DNA of 64,000 nucleotides from an uncultured Bacteroidales bacterium (GTDB taxonomy: Bacteria > Bacteroidota > Bacteroidia > Bacteroidales > UBA7960), in contig CAYGFY010000004.1 of assembly GCA_964349365.1 (NCBI GenBank), positions 24,115 through 88,114 of the forward strand. The letters are read 5' to 3'. The notes beneath the pieces were generated by a model. It searched no databases. It was not told the origin of the DNA and saw only the letters and a list, made by a program, of their open reading frames with translations. Positions 25,739-35,859 of this stretch are shown in pieces. The translations under genes and the position numbers were made by a program. Positions within the stretch are counted from its first letter, which is position 1, and every line of letters starts with the position of its first letter.

Positions 25739-26418
25739 AATCTGTAATTCTCGCGGTGCTTTTCCAAGTAGTAATTAATTAATTTCTTTCCACATTCGTC
25801 AAGATATTCAGGGGTGTCGGGGCCTAAATTGAAAAGGGCATCAATTATGCTCAAGTTGGGTAAGAATCCGTACTTGTGCGAAAAGGGCTGAAAGTATGGC
25901 TTGAAAATAAGGTTCTTTTCGGAATCTAGTTTTTTAAGTTTTGGCGAAATTTCACTTCTCAAATCTAGCATTCCATTAACTTCCTTTTCGAACGTTGATG
26001 CTATAGCTATTTCGGTATCGATGTTCAGCTCTTCGAACAAAGCCTCTTGCAAGTCTTGATTCCACTGAACCAATGTTTCGGGAGCCGAACCCAAATAAAA
26101 CGGCTCCATAAGGTGCAAATAGTGCATGAAGAATGCCGACTTGCCGTATGCCGCACAAATTGATTTCCAATGTTGCTTCTGCCAAGGCAGTCTTGTGCTC
26201 GGCACAACCTTACCCGTTGGTGTGCTATTTCCATTGGGTTTTTCCACTGGAATGGTCATATCCAAAATTCCGTTTGCGGCACCAATCCGGCACCTATTGC
26301 GGCAGGTTTGCCGTGGGTATGTTTCGTGAACGTCAACAATTACCATTTCCGAAACCTTGATTATTGCCACCGCCTCGATGGGTGGGAGGTAAAGTGTTGG
26401 GATTAGAATTGAGGTCAA
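25735..26418 (-). CDS. WbqC-family protein
   Basis: The motifs LYLPPIEAVAII ... VDVHETYPRQTCRNRCRIGAANGILDMTIPV ... WKSICAAYGKSAFFMHY match the WbqC pattern. There is no ATG close to the conserved N-terminus, so I propose a TTG start at 26418. The ATGs at 26520-26550 would overlap the end of cysQ. Confidence 0.72.
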   Translation of the reverse strand: MTSILIPTLYLPPIEAVAIIKVSEMVIVDVHETYPRQTCRNRCRIGAANGILDMTIPVEKPNGNSTPTGKVVPSTRLPWQKQHWKSICAAYGKSAFFMHYLHLMEPFYLGSAPETLVQWNQDLQEALFEELNIDTEIAIASTFEKEVNGMLDLRSEISPKLKKLDSEKNLIFKPYFQPFSHKYGFLPNLSIIDALFNLGPDTPEYLDECGKKLINYYLEKHRENYRF

Positions 26419-26485
26419 CTTGATTCTTGATTTTGCACAAAAGTAGTTAAATGAAGCCTTGCGTATTTGCCGAGAACCCAAAAAA

Positions 26486-27373
26486 TTAATTTTCTTGGTT
26501 GGCTTCGAACAAGATTGCATTGGCATGTTCTCGGCTTGAGAACGCAACAAATCCCGGGTTCTTCAAATCGGGTTTGTTGTATTGCAAGGGTTCTTGGTTG
26601 TCAATATTAAAAATGTTTCCGCCAGCGGCCAGCAGCATTGCGTGCCCGGCAGCAGTATCCCACTCGCTGGTGCCACTCGAATACCGAAAATGAATTGTTG
26701 CGCGGCCTTCAACAATGTCGCAGTACTTTAAAGAGCTTCCTCTGGTTACAACTTGGAGATTTGGAAGTCTTTTCATTACCTCCTCAATAATGGCTTCAGT
26801 TTCGGGGTCGAGATGAAAACGGCTGATAAGAATTGATGGTTTGACGTTTTGATAGTTAATGTTAATTGGTTTTGAATCTTCAATGAGTCTTTTTGAGTCA
26901 ATCTCTGCACTATTTTCTTTCCACTGAAAAACAAAGTTTCCCAAACCTGCCAATCCCCACCATACTTTTTGCATAACGGGCGAGATTATCACTCCCAAAA
27001 TGGGGGTTGTTCCCTTAACTAGGGCCATGTTTATTGCAAATTCATCGTTTCGGTTTATGAAATCTTTCGTGCCATCAAGTGGGTCAACAAGCCAAAAGCT
27101 TTCCCAATTTCTCCTTATTTCGAAACTAACCTTTTTGTTTTCCTCGTTTATAATTTGAATTCCTGTTTTGCCGAGGGCATCCGAAATGATCTGGCTCGAC
27201 TTTTTGTCGGCTATAGTAATCGGGCTGCCATCCTCTTTAATGTCGTATCCAAAAGGGGTATCGTAAACTTTCATTATTGCTGCCGAAGCCAATATGCCGC
27301 ACTCTATTGCCCGTGCGCAGAGCGATAGTAATTCATGCCTCTCCATTAATTCTTGGCTATGTTTCTGTTTCAC
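26486..27373 (-). CDS. cysQ: 3'(2'),5'-bisphosphate nucleotidase / inositol monophosphatase family protein
   Basis: IMPase motifs FWLVDPLDGTKDFI and WDTAAGHAMLLAAGG, with a size of 295 aa. Confidence 0.82.
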   Translation of the reverse strand: MKQKHSQELMERHELLSLCARAIECGILASAAIMKVYDTPFGYDIKEDGSPITIADKKSSQIISDALGKTGIQIINEENKKVSFEIRRNWESFWLVDPLDGTKDFINRNDEFAINMALVKGTTPILGVIISPVMQKVWWGLAGLGNFVFQWKENSAEIDSKRLIEDSKPININYQNVKPSILISRFHLDPETEAIIEEVMKRLPNLQVVTRGSSLKYCDIVEGRATIHFRYSSGTSEWDTAAGHAMLLAAGGNIFNIDNQEPLQYNKPDLKNPGFVAFSSREHANAILFEANQEN

Positions 27374-27826
27374 TTTTCGTAAGGCAATTTCAAATTATAA
27401 TGCCCGGAAAAAAATTGCTTGTACCCATGTGCAAGGTTAAAAACATAAAGTTTCACAATGTTAAAACAAGTACTATTCTTCACCCGAAACATTACTTCGA
27501 AACTAAAATTGCCTCACCTGGCCTAGGCGGTAAGGGTTGTTGCGGCACTTTTGCGCGTGGAGTTTACGCCGGGAAACATTGCTGCAGCTCGGGTAATGCG
27601 ATTGTAATTTACAAAGTCCTCGCTTTGCGAGGTTAACTTTTCGACACACTCGCACCGAGCATCGTCAAAACTTGCATGAACAGCAAAAATGCCAGACGAA
27701 AAAAAGCCTTTTTTTGTTTTTGCGCGAATTTGGCTTAACTGGTTAAAAGTTTGGGTTATTATTTCTTGGCCGGCAATTGGGTGTGTTGTTTAATCCATCT
27801 CTCGATCCTTTAAATTATTATACGGT

Positions 27827-27870
27827 AAAAAAACAAACCCATTTGCCATTTTTGAGTTTTATGGGTGTGT
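27827..27870 (-). terminator. Putative rho-independent terminator of sdhCAB
   Basis: On the minus strand: ACACACCCAT-(18 nt loop)-ATGGGTTTGT, with 9 of 10 bp paired, followed by TTTTTTT. It begins about 25 nt after the sdhB stop. Confidence 0.45.
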
Positions 27871-27895
27871 TTAATTAACTCCGTGCTTTTTTCTA

Positions 27896-28648
27896 CTATT
27901 TCTGTCTGGAGCAGGCTTTTGCGCCCAGGAACTCGCGATTCATCAAGGCTATAAACTCTACCGATATGCCTTTGGGGCATTCGAACTCGCAGGCGTAGGT
28001 GTTTGAGCAGAAGCCAAAGCCCAACTCGTCCATCTTGGCCACCATGTTTTGCACCCTTTGCCTTGCTTCTGGTTTTCCTTGCGGAAGCAGTGCATATTGC
28101 GATACTTTGGCACCAACAAATAACATGGCAGAGGAATTCTTGCAAGCTGCCACACAGGCACCGCAACCAATACATACAGCGGCATCAAATACCCTGTCGG
28201 CAATGGTTTTTGGTATTGGTATTGCGTTTCCATCCTGCGCCTGCCCGGTACTCACATTAACAAAACCTCCGGCGTGCATTATCTTGTCGAATGAGCTTCG
28301 GTCAACGGCCAAGTCCTTAATAACCGGGAATGCGCGTGAACGCCATGGCTCTATCACAATGGTGTCGCCATCCTTGAACTTGCGCATGTATAGCTCGCAG
28401 GTTGTTGTATGCCTGGCCGGTCCGTGCGGACGACCGTTTATGTATAGCCCGCAAGTGCCGCAAATTCCCTCGCGGCAGTCGTGCTCGAAGACCACCGGGT
28501 CGCCACCGGTTTCAACCATTTTTTGGTTGAAATAGTCGAGCATTTCCAGAAACGACATTTCGGGAGAAACGTCATTAAGATTGTAATTGACAAACTTTCC
28601 TTTTGTGCTGGCATTCTTTTGGCGCCATATTTTTAGTTTAATGTCCAT
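27896..28648 (-). CDS. sdhB: Succinate dehydrogenase/fumarate reductase iron-sulfur subunit
   Basis: The 2Fe-2S motif is [10 protein letters not shown]. The 4Fe-4S / 3Fe-4S motifs are [11 protein letters not shown] and CEFECPKGI. Confidence 0.93.
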   Translation of the reverse strand: MDIKLKIWRQKNASTKGKFVNYNLNDVSPEMSFLEMLDYFNQKMVETGGDPVVFEHDCREGICGTCGLYINGRPHGPARHTTTCELYMRKFKDGDTIVIEPWRSRAFPVIKDLAVDRSSFDKIMHAGGFVNVSTGQAQDGNAIPIPKTIADRVFDAAVCIGCGACVAACKNSSAMLFVGAKVSQYALLPQGKPEARQRVQNMVAKMDELGFGFCSNTYACEFECPKGISVEFIALMNREFLGAKACSRQK

Positions 28649-28665
28649 TTTCTTCTTTGTTTGGG

Positions 28666-30585
28666 TTACTTGTAACTTCTTTCCTTTAATTCCACGAATT
28701 CGAACTTAAGCTCTTCTTTGTGAAGTTTTGGGGTTTTCCCCTTGCCTTGAAACTCCCATGCTGAAACGTAGGCGTAGTTCTTGTCGTCGCGCTTTGCTTC
28801 ACCTTGTTCGGTTTGCGATTCTTCCCTGAAGTGTGCACCGCATGATTCTTTCCTGTCAAGGGCATCAATGGTAATGAGCCTTCCAACTTCGAAGGTGCTC
28901 GCCACCTTAATAGCCTTTTCTAGCTCCTGATTCAGTTCGCCCGTGGTTCCGGGCACCCTTACATCCCTGAAAAACTCTTCTTCGAGTTGGTCAATTAGCT
29001 CGAGGCCTTTTTTTAGGCCTTGTTCGTTACGGCTCATACCAACGTAATCCCACAAAATCTTACCCAGACGCTTGTGGAAAGAGGTTGCGTTTTTCTTGCC
29101 CTTTACGTTCATTAGTCTTTCTATCATATCATGAACCTCCTTTTCGGCTTCGTCGAATGCCGGGTGGCTCACGTCTATTTTCGGAGTGCGGATTTCGTCG
29201 GCCAGATAGTCGGTTACCGTGTATGGGGCAATGAAATACCCGTCGGCTGCAACCTGGAGCAAAGAGCTTGCGCCCAACCTGTTTGCACCGTGATCGCCAA
29301 AGTTGCTTTCGCCAATGGCAAACAGGCCTGGCACCGTGGTCATGAGGTTGTAGTCAACCCACAGCCCGCCCATTGTATAGTGGCCGGCAGGGTAAATACG
29401 CATTGGTTCCTTGTAGGGATTGATTCCGGTGATTTTCTGGTACATTTCAAATAGGTTGCCGTACTTGCCCTCTATGATTTTTTCGCCTTGCTTTGCAATT
29501 GCATCATTGAAGTCGAGATAAACCGAAAGGCCAGTGTTTCCAACGCCGTAACCGGCATCGCACCTTTCCTTTGCTGCCCTTGATGCCACGTCGCGGGGTA
29601 CAAGGTTGCCGAATGCAGGATACCTGCGCTCCAAGTAATAATCGCGTTCTTCTTCGGGTATTTCGTTGGGTGCTCGCTTGTCGGCCTTTGCCTTGGGCAC
29701 CCAAACCCTACCATCGTTGCGGAGCGATTCTGACATTAGCGTTAGCTTGCACTGGTAGTCGTTAAGAACCGGTACGCTGGTTGGGTGTATTTGAATGAAA
29801 CTTGGATTTGCAAACAATGCTCCCCGTTTGTGGGCTACCCAAGCAGAAGTTGGGTTGCTGCCAACTGCCAAAGTAGAAAGGTAGTAAACAGTTCCGTAAC
29901 CGCCCGTTGCCAGCACCACGGCGTGTGCACCGTGTCTTTCGATTTCGCCGGTTACGAGGTTACGTGTTATTATTCCCCTTGCCTTACCGTCAATTACAAC
30001 CAAATCTAGCATATCCCTTCGCGGGTATAGCTTTACCGTTCCAGCGGCCACTTGCCTGTTCAATGATGAGTAGGCCCCGAGCAAGCACTGCTGCCCGGTT
30101 TGGCCCTTGGCATAAAACGTACGCGAAACCTGAACTCCACCGAACGAGCGGTTGTCAAGATAGCCGCCGTACTCGCGGGCAAATGGCACGCCGGTTGCAA
30201 CCAATTGGTCAATTACCTGTGTGCTTACCTCTGCACAACGATAAACATTAGCTTCGCGAGCACGATAATCTCCGCCTTTAATCATATCATGAAAAAGACG
30301 AAAAGCAGAGTCGCCGTCATTGCGGTAATTTTTTGAGGCGTTAATGCCCCCCTGTGCTGCTACCGAGTGTGCCCTGCGCGGCGAATCTTGGAAACAGAAT
30401 GATTTAACATTGTAACCTAGCTCGCCAAATGAGGCAGCCGCGGCGGCACCTGACAGCCCGGTTCCAACAACAATAATCTCAAGTTTCTTCTTGTTGGCCG
30501 GATTAACCAACTTGAGGGAGTTTTTGTGATTGCTCCACTTGTCGGCCAATGGCCCCGGAGGAATTTTTGAATCAAGCTTTATCAT
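28666..30585 (-). CDS. sdhA: Succinate dehydrogenase/fumarate reductase flavoprotein subunit
   Basis: FAD-binding motif [17 protein letters not shown], plus [10 protein letters not shown] and HYTMGGL. The start is set at ATG 30585 ([13 protein letters not shown]). Confidence 0.95.
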   Translation of the reverse strand: MIKLDSKIPPGPLADKWSNHKNSLKLVNPANKKKLEIIVVGTGLSGAAAAASFGELGYNVKSFCFQDSPRRAHSVAAQGGINASKNYRNDGDSAFRLFHDMIKGGDYRAREANVYRCAEVSTQVIDQLVATGVPFAREYGGYLDNRSFGGVQVSRTFYAKGQTGQQCLLGAYSSLNRQVAAGTVKLYPRRDMLDLVVIDGKARGIITRNLVTGEIERHGAHAVVLATGGYGTVYYLSTLAVGSNPTSAWVAHKRGALFANPSFIQIHPTSVPVLNDYQCKLTLMSESLRNDGRVWVPKAKADKRAPNEIPEEERDYYLERRYPAFGNLVPRDVASRAAKERCDAGYGVGNTGLSVYLDFNDAIAKQGEKIIEGKYGNLFEMYQKITGINPYKEPMRIYPAGHYTMGGLWVDYNLMTTVPGLFAIGESNFGDHGANRLGASSLLQVAADGYFIAPYTVTDYLADEIRTPKIDVSHPAFDEAEKEVHDMIERLMNVKGKKNATSFHKRLGKILWDYVGMSRNEQGLKKGLELIDQLEEEFFRDVRVPGTTGELNQELEKAIKVASTFEVGRLITIDALDRKESCGAHFREESQTEQGEAKRDDKNYAYVSAWEFQGKGKTPKLHKEELKFEFVELKERSYK

Positions 30586-30598
30586 TAGTTTTGGAGTT

Positions 30599-31267
30599 TT
30601 ATTGATAGAAAAAATAAAAATACACGGGGATGGAACTAAAACCAACTGCAATAGCAATGGCATAAACGGTTCCAACAATCTTTATTATTGGAAAATAGCG
30701 CGGGTGGTTCAAACCCAAAGTTTGGAAAGCCGATTGAAAGGCGTGCTTGAGGTGAAAACCCAAGAAAATCATGCAAACCACGTAAATTAAAGAATACAGC
30801 CCATTGCTGAAAACTAACCGAGTCATTACGTAGAAATCGTATTTATCTGCGGCTCCTTCAGGAACGGGCATTATACCAATTTTTACGAAAAAGAAATGAA
30901 CAAAGTGTATGATCAAAAAGACAAAAATGATAACACCAGTGTGAATCATAAACTTCGAAAATGGCGAGGTTTCGGAGTTTTGGGCCATCTTGTAGTTTAA
31001 TGGCCGAGCCTTACGGTTATTAAGATAAACCATAACCCCAAAAAGAATGTGAATTGCGAATCCTGCAAAAAGAACATATTCCATTACCTTCATCAACGGG
31101 TTGGTGGTCAAGAAAACCACCGCATCATTAAAGGCTTCGATATTGCCTGCCACCATTAGCAGGTTGGTGGAAAGGTGCGCCACCAAAAATAACATTAGGA
31201 ATAAACCTGCCAATGCCACTATGTACTTATGGCTTATTGAAGAAAGCCAGGATTTTGTTTGCTTCAT
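30599..31267 (-). CDS. sdhC: Succinate dehydrogenase/fumarate reductase cytochrome b subunit (single-subunit diheme b558 type)
   Basis: A 222 aa protein with five hydrophobic helices carrying conserved His residues. It is the first gene of an sdhC-A-B operon, as in Bacteroidetes. Confidence 0.85.
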   Translation of the reverse strand: MKQTKSWLSSISHKYIVALAGLFLMLFLVAHLSTNLLMVAGNIEAFNDAVVFLTTNPLMKVMEYVLFAGFAIHILFGVMVYLNNRKARPLNYKMAQNSETSPFSKFMIHTGVIIFVFLIIHFVHFFFVKIGIMPVPEGAADKYDFYVMTRLVFSNGLYSLIYVVCMIFLGFHLKHAFQSAFQTLGLNHPRYFPIIKIVGTVYAIAIAVGFSSIPVYFYFFYQ

Positions 31268-31351
31268 AAAGTTGAATTTTAATTGGAATTTATTACATTA
31301 AAATGCTCACCTTGGCAAGATCTTTTTGAGAATGCTTTTAAAACGATTGAG

Positions 31352-31383
31352 CAAATTTAACCAGCCGTTTTTTCTTTACCAAG
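31352..31383 (-). promoter_or_regulatory. Candidate Bacteroidetes sigma-A promoter for sdhCAB
   Basis: On the minus strand: TTG-(20 nt)-TAAATTTG. This matches the published -33 TTTG / -7 TAnnTTTG consensus. It lies about 85 nt upstream of the sdhC ATG. Confidence 0.35.
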
Positions 31384-31595
31384 TATTCGAGTAATTTATA
31401 AAGTTTCTAAACAAATAATTTTCTAATTTTGAGTCCCGCCTGGTTAGTTCGAACAATAAACGAAAACCCCCAAATGCAGCAGTAAAGGGTTTTTGATGGT
31501 TGATTGACCTTTACTAGCCTTAGGGTGGGCACGAGGCAACGATTACATTTTGTTTTGAATGATTGAAACCGTTTATTACTAAACAGCAAGGAGAC

Positions 31596-32885
31596 ATGAA
31601 ATACGGCCCGCTTAATCCCCAAATATTCATCACCAACAGGCAAAACTTCACAAAACAAATGTTGCCAGGCTCCGTTGCATTTTTCTTTTCAAACGATGAG
31701 CAACCAAGGAGCAGCGACCAGTTCTTTCCTTTCAGGCAAAACCCCGATTTCTTTTACCTAACGGGTGTTGACCAAGAGAAAAGCATGTTGATGCTGTTTC
31801 CCGATAGCCCAAATCCTGCCTTGCGCGAGGTGCTTTTCTTGCTCGAAACCAACGAGTACCTGATGACTTGGGAAGGGCACAAGCTTACCAAGGTACAAGC
31901 CACGGAGGTATCGGGAATTAAATCTGTTCTATGGTTGCCTGGCTTCGAAGCCATGATTAAAGAGGCAATGGTATATGCCGAGCACGTTTACCTCAACACC
32001 ATTGAGAATGCAAGGTACGGTGGCGAGCCAAACTACAGGAGCCTGCGATTTGCGCTCGATCTCAAGGGCAAGTATCCATTGCATTCGTACAAGAGGGCTA
32101 CTCCAATTATCACAAGGTTGAGAATGGTAAAATCAGAGCTTGAGCTGCAGGTACTGCAAAAAGCCATTGACATTACTACCGGTGCGTATTTGAGAGTTCT
32201 TAAATATGTTAAGCCAGGGATTAAAGAGTATGAGATAGAGGCTGAAGTGATGCACGAGTACATTAGTAAGGGTGCCACGGGACATTCGTTTTATCCGATA
32301 GTTGCAGCGGGTGCCAATGGCTGCATTTTGCATTACGTAACAAACAACAATACTTGCAAGGATGGCGATTTGCTCCTGCTTGACACTGGGGCCGAATATG
32401 CCAACTATGCAGGTGATATGACAAGAACTTTTCCGGTAAACGGCAGGTTTAGCGAAAGGCAAAAGGAGGTTTACAATGCCGTCCTCAAGGTAATGAGGGC
32501 TGCAAAAGAACTAATGGTGGTTGGCAAAACCATAGATGCATTAAATTGTGAGGTTTTGCAATTGATTGAAAAAGAAGTGGTTGACCTGGGATTACTTACC
32601 ATGGCAGACATTTCAAAACAAGACCCGGCCAGCCCCCTTGCCAAAAACTATTTCCCCCACGGAAACTCCCATTTCATGGGTTTGGATGTACACGACGAGG
32701 GACACAAATTCGAACTTTTCAAACCTGGAATGGTTTTATCTTGCGAGCCCGGCATTTACATTAAAGAAGAAGGAATTGGGGTAAGAATAGAAAACAACAT
32801 CCTGATTTCAGAAAATGGCCCCATTGACCTTACTGAAAACGTGCCGGTGGAGGTTGATGAGATTGAGGATTTGATGAATGGCTGA
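31596..32885 (+). CDS. Xaa-Pro aminopeptidase (M24B family)
   Basis: An N-terminal creatinase/AMP_N-like region is followed by the pita-bread catalytic motifs DGDLLLLDTGAEYANYAGDMTRTF, HGNSHFMGLDVHD, EPGIY and GVRIENNI. The start is set at ATG 31596, which is preceded by aaggag. Confidence 0.88.
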   Translation: MKYGPLNPQIFITNRQNFTKQMLPGSVAFFFSNDEQPRSSDQFFPFRQNPDFFYLTGVDQEKSMLMLFPDSPNPALREVLFLLETNEYLMTWEGHKLTKVQATEVSGIKSVLWLPGFEAMIKEAMVYAEHVYLNTIENARYGGEPNYRSLRFALDLKGKYPLHSYKRATPIITRLRMVKSELELQVLQKAIDITTGAYLRVLKYVKPGIKEYEIEAEVMHEYISKGATGHSFYPIVAAGANGCILHYVTNNNTCKDGDLLLLDTGAEYANYAGDMTRTFPVNGRFSERQKEVYNAVLKVMRAAKELMVVGKTIDALNCEVLQLIEKEVVDLGLLTMADISKQDPASPLAKNYFPHGNSHFMGLDVHDEGHKFELFKPGMVLSCEPGIYIKEEGIGVRIENNILISENGPIDLTENVPVEVDEIEDLMNG

Positions 32886-33095
32886 AGTGCCGGTATTCGG
32901 AATAGTTTACCAATTAATAATTAACGCCGCTTATTAAAGAATTAAAACGCAGATAAAACTAATTTTTGAAGCCATTAATCTAAAGCAGTAATCTGATATG
33001 ATTAGTTTGGTGCCAAGTGCCGTATCAGTTTGATTCGCGTAAAACCATGTCAAAAATTAACCGGAGAGAAAATTTAACTATCAAAATCACGAAAA

Positions 33096-34481
33096 ATGTT
33101 TGAAACCGCAACTTACGTAAACCGTCGAAAAAAATTGACTCAATCGATTGAGTCGGGGCTAATTTTAATTATGGGTAACGTGGACGTTCCGATGAACTAT
33201 CCGGCAAATACCTACCGTTTTAGGCAAGACAGTAACTTCCTGTACCTTTTTGGCATTGACCACCAGCAAATGGCGGCCATTATTGATGCAGAAAGCGGCC
33301 ATGAGTATCTTTTCGGCAACGATGTTTCGCTCGAAAGCATTATTTGGATGGGGCCGCAGCCGCTTGTAAAAGACAAGGCAGAAAGAGTTGGCGTTGGCAA
33401 TTCGGCTCCATTTGGCCAGCTGTCAGAACATATCAAAAAGGCTCGTAACCAGGGCAGGAAGATTCACTTTTTGCCCCCCTACCGGGCCGAAAACAAAATT
33501 TTGATGTCAGAATTACTTGACATTCCAATTGGCGAACTTAAGGCTCAGGCTTCTGCTGAATTGATTAAATCCGTTGTTGCTTTACGAGAAATCAAGGATC
33601 TTAACGAGATTAAGGAAATTGAAAAGGCCATAGATACTGCATACCTCATGCACACCACCGCAATGAATATGGCCAAACCCGGAACAAGGGAGCAAACTAT
33701 TGCTGGCACGGTTGAAGGAATTGCCATTTCGGGAGGAGGATCACTGTCTTTCCCACTTATTCTTAGTAGGCGTGGCGAAACCTTGCACAACCACGACCAC
33801 GGCAACATTTTGGAAAAGGGCGACCTTCTTCTGGTTGACGGTGGCTGCGAAACCTCGATGCGCTACTGTAGCGACCACACTAGAACCATCCCGGTTGGAG
33901 GAAAGTTTACCAAGAAGCAAAGAGAGATATACGAGATTGTGCTGGAAGCCAACAAAAAGGCAATTGAAGCTATTAAGCCTGGAGTTACCTTCAAGAGCAT
34001 TCATATACTAGCAATAAATATTATTGGCGAGGGACTTAAAAAGCTGGGCCTAATGAAGGGAAACATTGCCGAAGCAGCCGAAAAGGCAGCCACGGCCCTG
34101 TTTATGCCCCACGGCCTGGGTCACATGCTCGGCCTCGACGTTCACGACATGGAAGACCTTGGCGAAAACTTGGTAGGATACGATGACGAGGTTAAGCGAT
34201 CTGATTTGTTTGGAACTGCCTACCTGCGTCTTGGAAAACGACTCAAACCCGGTTTCGTTCTTACCGTAGAACCCGGAATATATTTCATTCCCGCACTAAT
34301 CGAAAAGTGGGAAAAAGAGAAGAAATTTGAAGAATACATAAATTACGACAAGGCAAGGGAATACATCGGCTTTGGAGGAATAAGAATAGAAGATGATGTT
34401 TTGGTTACAGAAGCCGCGTATCGGGTTTTAGGTAAACCAATACCAAAAACTGTTGCCGAAATTGAGGATATGATGAGTTGA
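33096..34481 (+). CDS. Xaa-Pro aminopeptidase (M24B family), second paralog
   Basis: Motifs GDLLLVDGGCETSMRYCSDHTRT, HGLGHMLGLDVHD, VEPGIY and GGIRIEDDV. Confidence 0.88.
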   Translation: MFETATYVNRRKKLTQSIESGLILIMGNVDVPMNYPANTYRFRQDSNFLYLFGIDHQQMAAIIDAESGHEYLFGNDVSLESIIWMGPQPLVKDKAERVGVGNSAPFGQLSEHIKKARNQGRKIHFLPPYRAENKILMSELLDIPIGELKAQASAELIKSVVALREIKDLNEIKEIEKAIDTAYLMHTTAMNMAKPGTREQTIAGTVEGIAISGGGSLSFPLILSRRGETLHNHDHGNILEKGDLLLVDGGCETSMRYCSDHTRTIPVGGKFTKKQREIYEIVLEANKKAIEAIKPGVTFKSIHILAINIIGEGLKKLGLMKGNIAEAAEKAATALFMPHGLGHMLGLDVHDMEDLGENLVGYDDEVKRSDLFGTAYLRLGKRLKPGFVLTVEPGIYFIPALIEKWEKEKKFEEYINYDKAREYIGFGGIRIEDDVLVTEAAYRVLGKPIPKTVAEIEDMMS

Positions 34482-34704
34482 TTTTTGGAAATGCCATTCC
34501 CTGGCCGCTCAAAAGACCCAAATTGCAAACTGATGATTTGGGGCTGCGCTACAATAAAGACAATCGTAAATTTTCATTTTCAGGTTAATTAAACTTTTCA
34601 GTTTTTCGAGTGTCCAATTCGTTTGTGGCTCAATCATTTTAAAGAAGTGCGAGCCTCGGGCAAACTTTACACTAACAAACCACAAAATATCCCTTTTCTC
34701 AAAC

Positions 34705-35823
34705 ATGAAAGGCAAAAGATTCAAGTTCATTTTAACGACACTTCTTATATTGATTGTTTTGGGGCTAATTTTTTATCCCAAAATTAAACCCCTTATCGCA
34801 AAAAACGACTCCAACCCGGGCTCACAATCTGGTAGCCTTGGCGGAGGCGGGGCCTTTTCAAGAGGATTAAGCGTACAAGCCATACTTGTTGCCCCGTCAG
34901 TTTTGAATGAATCAATTATCAGCACGGGTACACTCTTTCCCGACGAAGAGGTTGAACTTTCGTTCGAGGCTTCGGGAAAAATTGTTCAAATAAATTTTAT
35001 AGAGGGAGCCCGTGTACGAAAGGGTGCTCTATTGGCAAAAATAAACGACCGTCACCTTCAAGCTCAGTTGCTCAAACTTCAAGCTCAAAATAAACTCTTG
35101 AAAGAAAGGGAATTTAGGCAAAAAACCTTACTGACACGAGATGCTGTTAGCCAGGAAAGCTATGATCAGGTATTAACCGAGCTTCAGGCCAACGAAGCTG
35201 ACATTATGCTACTTGAAGCTCGAATTGCCGAAACCGAATTAATGGCTCCCTTCGACGGAATTGTTGGTTTGAGGTATGTTAGTGAAGGTAGTTTTGCCAA
35301 TCCTAATATCAAAATTACCCGTTTGGTAAAAATCTCGCCCATTAAAATTGAGTTTTCCATACCTGAGAGGTATGCTGGCAGTGTCGGGCCTGGAACCAAC
35401 ATTTCATTTGTTGTTGACGGCACGTTGCAACCCATGAAGGCAACCATTTACGCCATAGACCCAAAAGTTGATGTAAAAACCAGAACCATTGTTGCCCGAG
35501 CCTTGTTCCCAAACAGAAACGAAGAACTTAAGCCCGGGCGGTTTGCTTCCATCACCCTTATACTCGAAGAATTAAAAGACGCAATTGCCATTCCCACCGA
35601 GGCACTGATTGCCGAAATGGATGGAGATGTCGTGTTTGTTTACAAAAACGGCAAGGCCCAAAGGGTAAACGTGAGGACTGGCCTGCGCACCGCTACGCAA
35701 ATACAGGTTCTTAAAGGCCTTTCTTTTGGAGACACACTGCTTACAACTGGTGTAATGCAATTAAGGCAAGGAATTCCGGTAACAATAACCAACCTGGTAG
35801 GCGACTACAGTGTTTCGCTATAA
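34705..35823 (+). CDS. Efflux RND transporter periplasmic adaptor (MFP/HlyD family)
   Basis: An N-terminal TM segment is followed by a coiled-coil hairpin region (LQAQLLKLQAQNKLLKEREFRQ ... LQANEADIMLLEARIAETEL) and beta-barrel motifs. The gene sits upstream of the RND pump. Confidence 0.9.
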   Translation: MKGKRFKFILTTLLILIVLGLIFYPKIKPLIAKNDSNPGSQSGSLGGGGAFSRGLSVQAILVAPSVLNESIISTGTLFPDEEVELSFEASGKIVQINFIEGARVRKGALLAKINDRHLQAQLLKLQAQNKLLKEREFRQKTLLTRDAVSQESYDQVLTELQANEADIMLLEARIAETELMAPFDGIVGLRYVSEGSFANPNIKITRLVKISPIKIEFSIPERYAGSVGPGTNISFVVDGTLQPMKATIYAIDPKVDVKTRTIVARALFPNRNEELKPGRFASITLILEELKDAIAIPTEALIAEMDGDVVFVYKNGKAQRVNVRTGLRTATQIQVLKGLSFGDTLLTTGVMQLRQGIPVTITNLVGDYSVSL

Positions 35824-35859
35824 GCTCTCTTTCAGCATTATTTAATTAAGGTATTTTTC

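Noticed and set aside
27277-27636. 119 aa plus-strand ORF overlapping the cysQ start
   Set aside because: It overlaps the 5' end of cysQ antisense, and its C-terminal part is rich in Gly and Cys and low in complexity. It is not supported as a gene.
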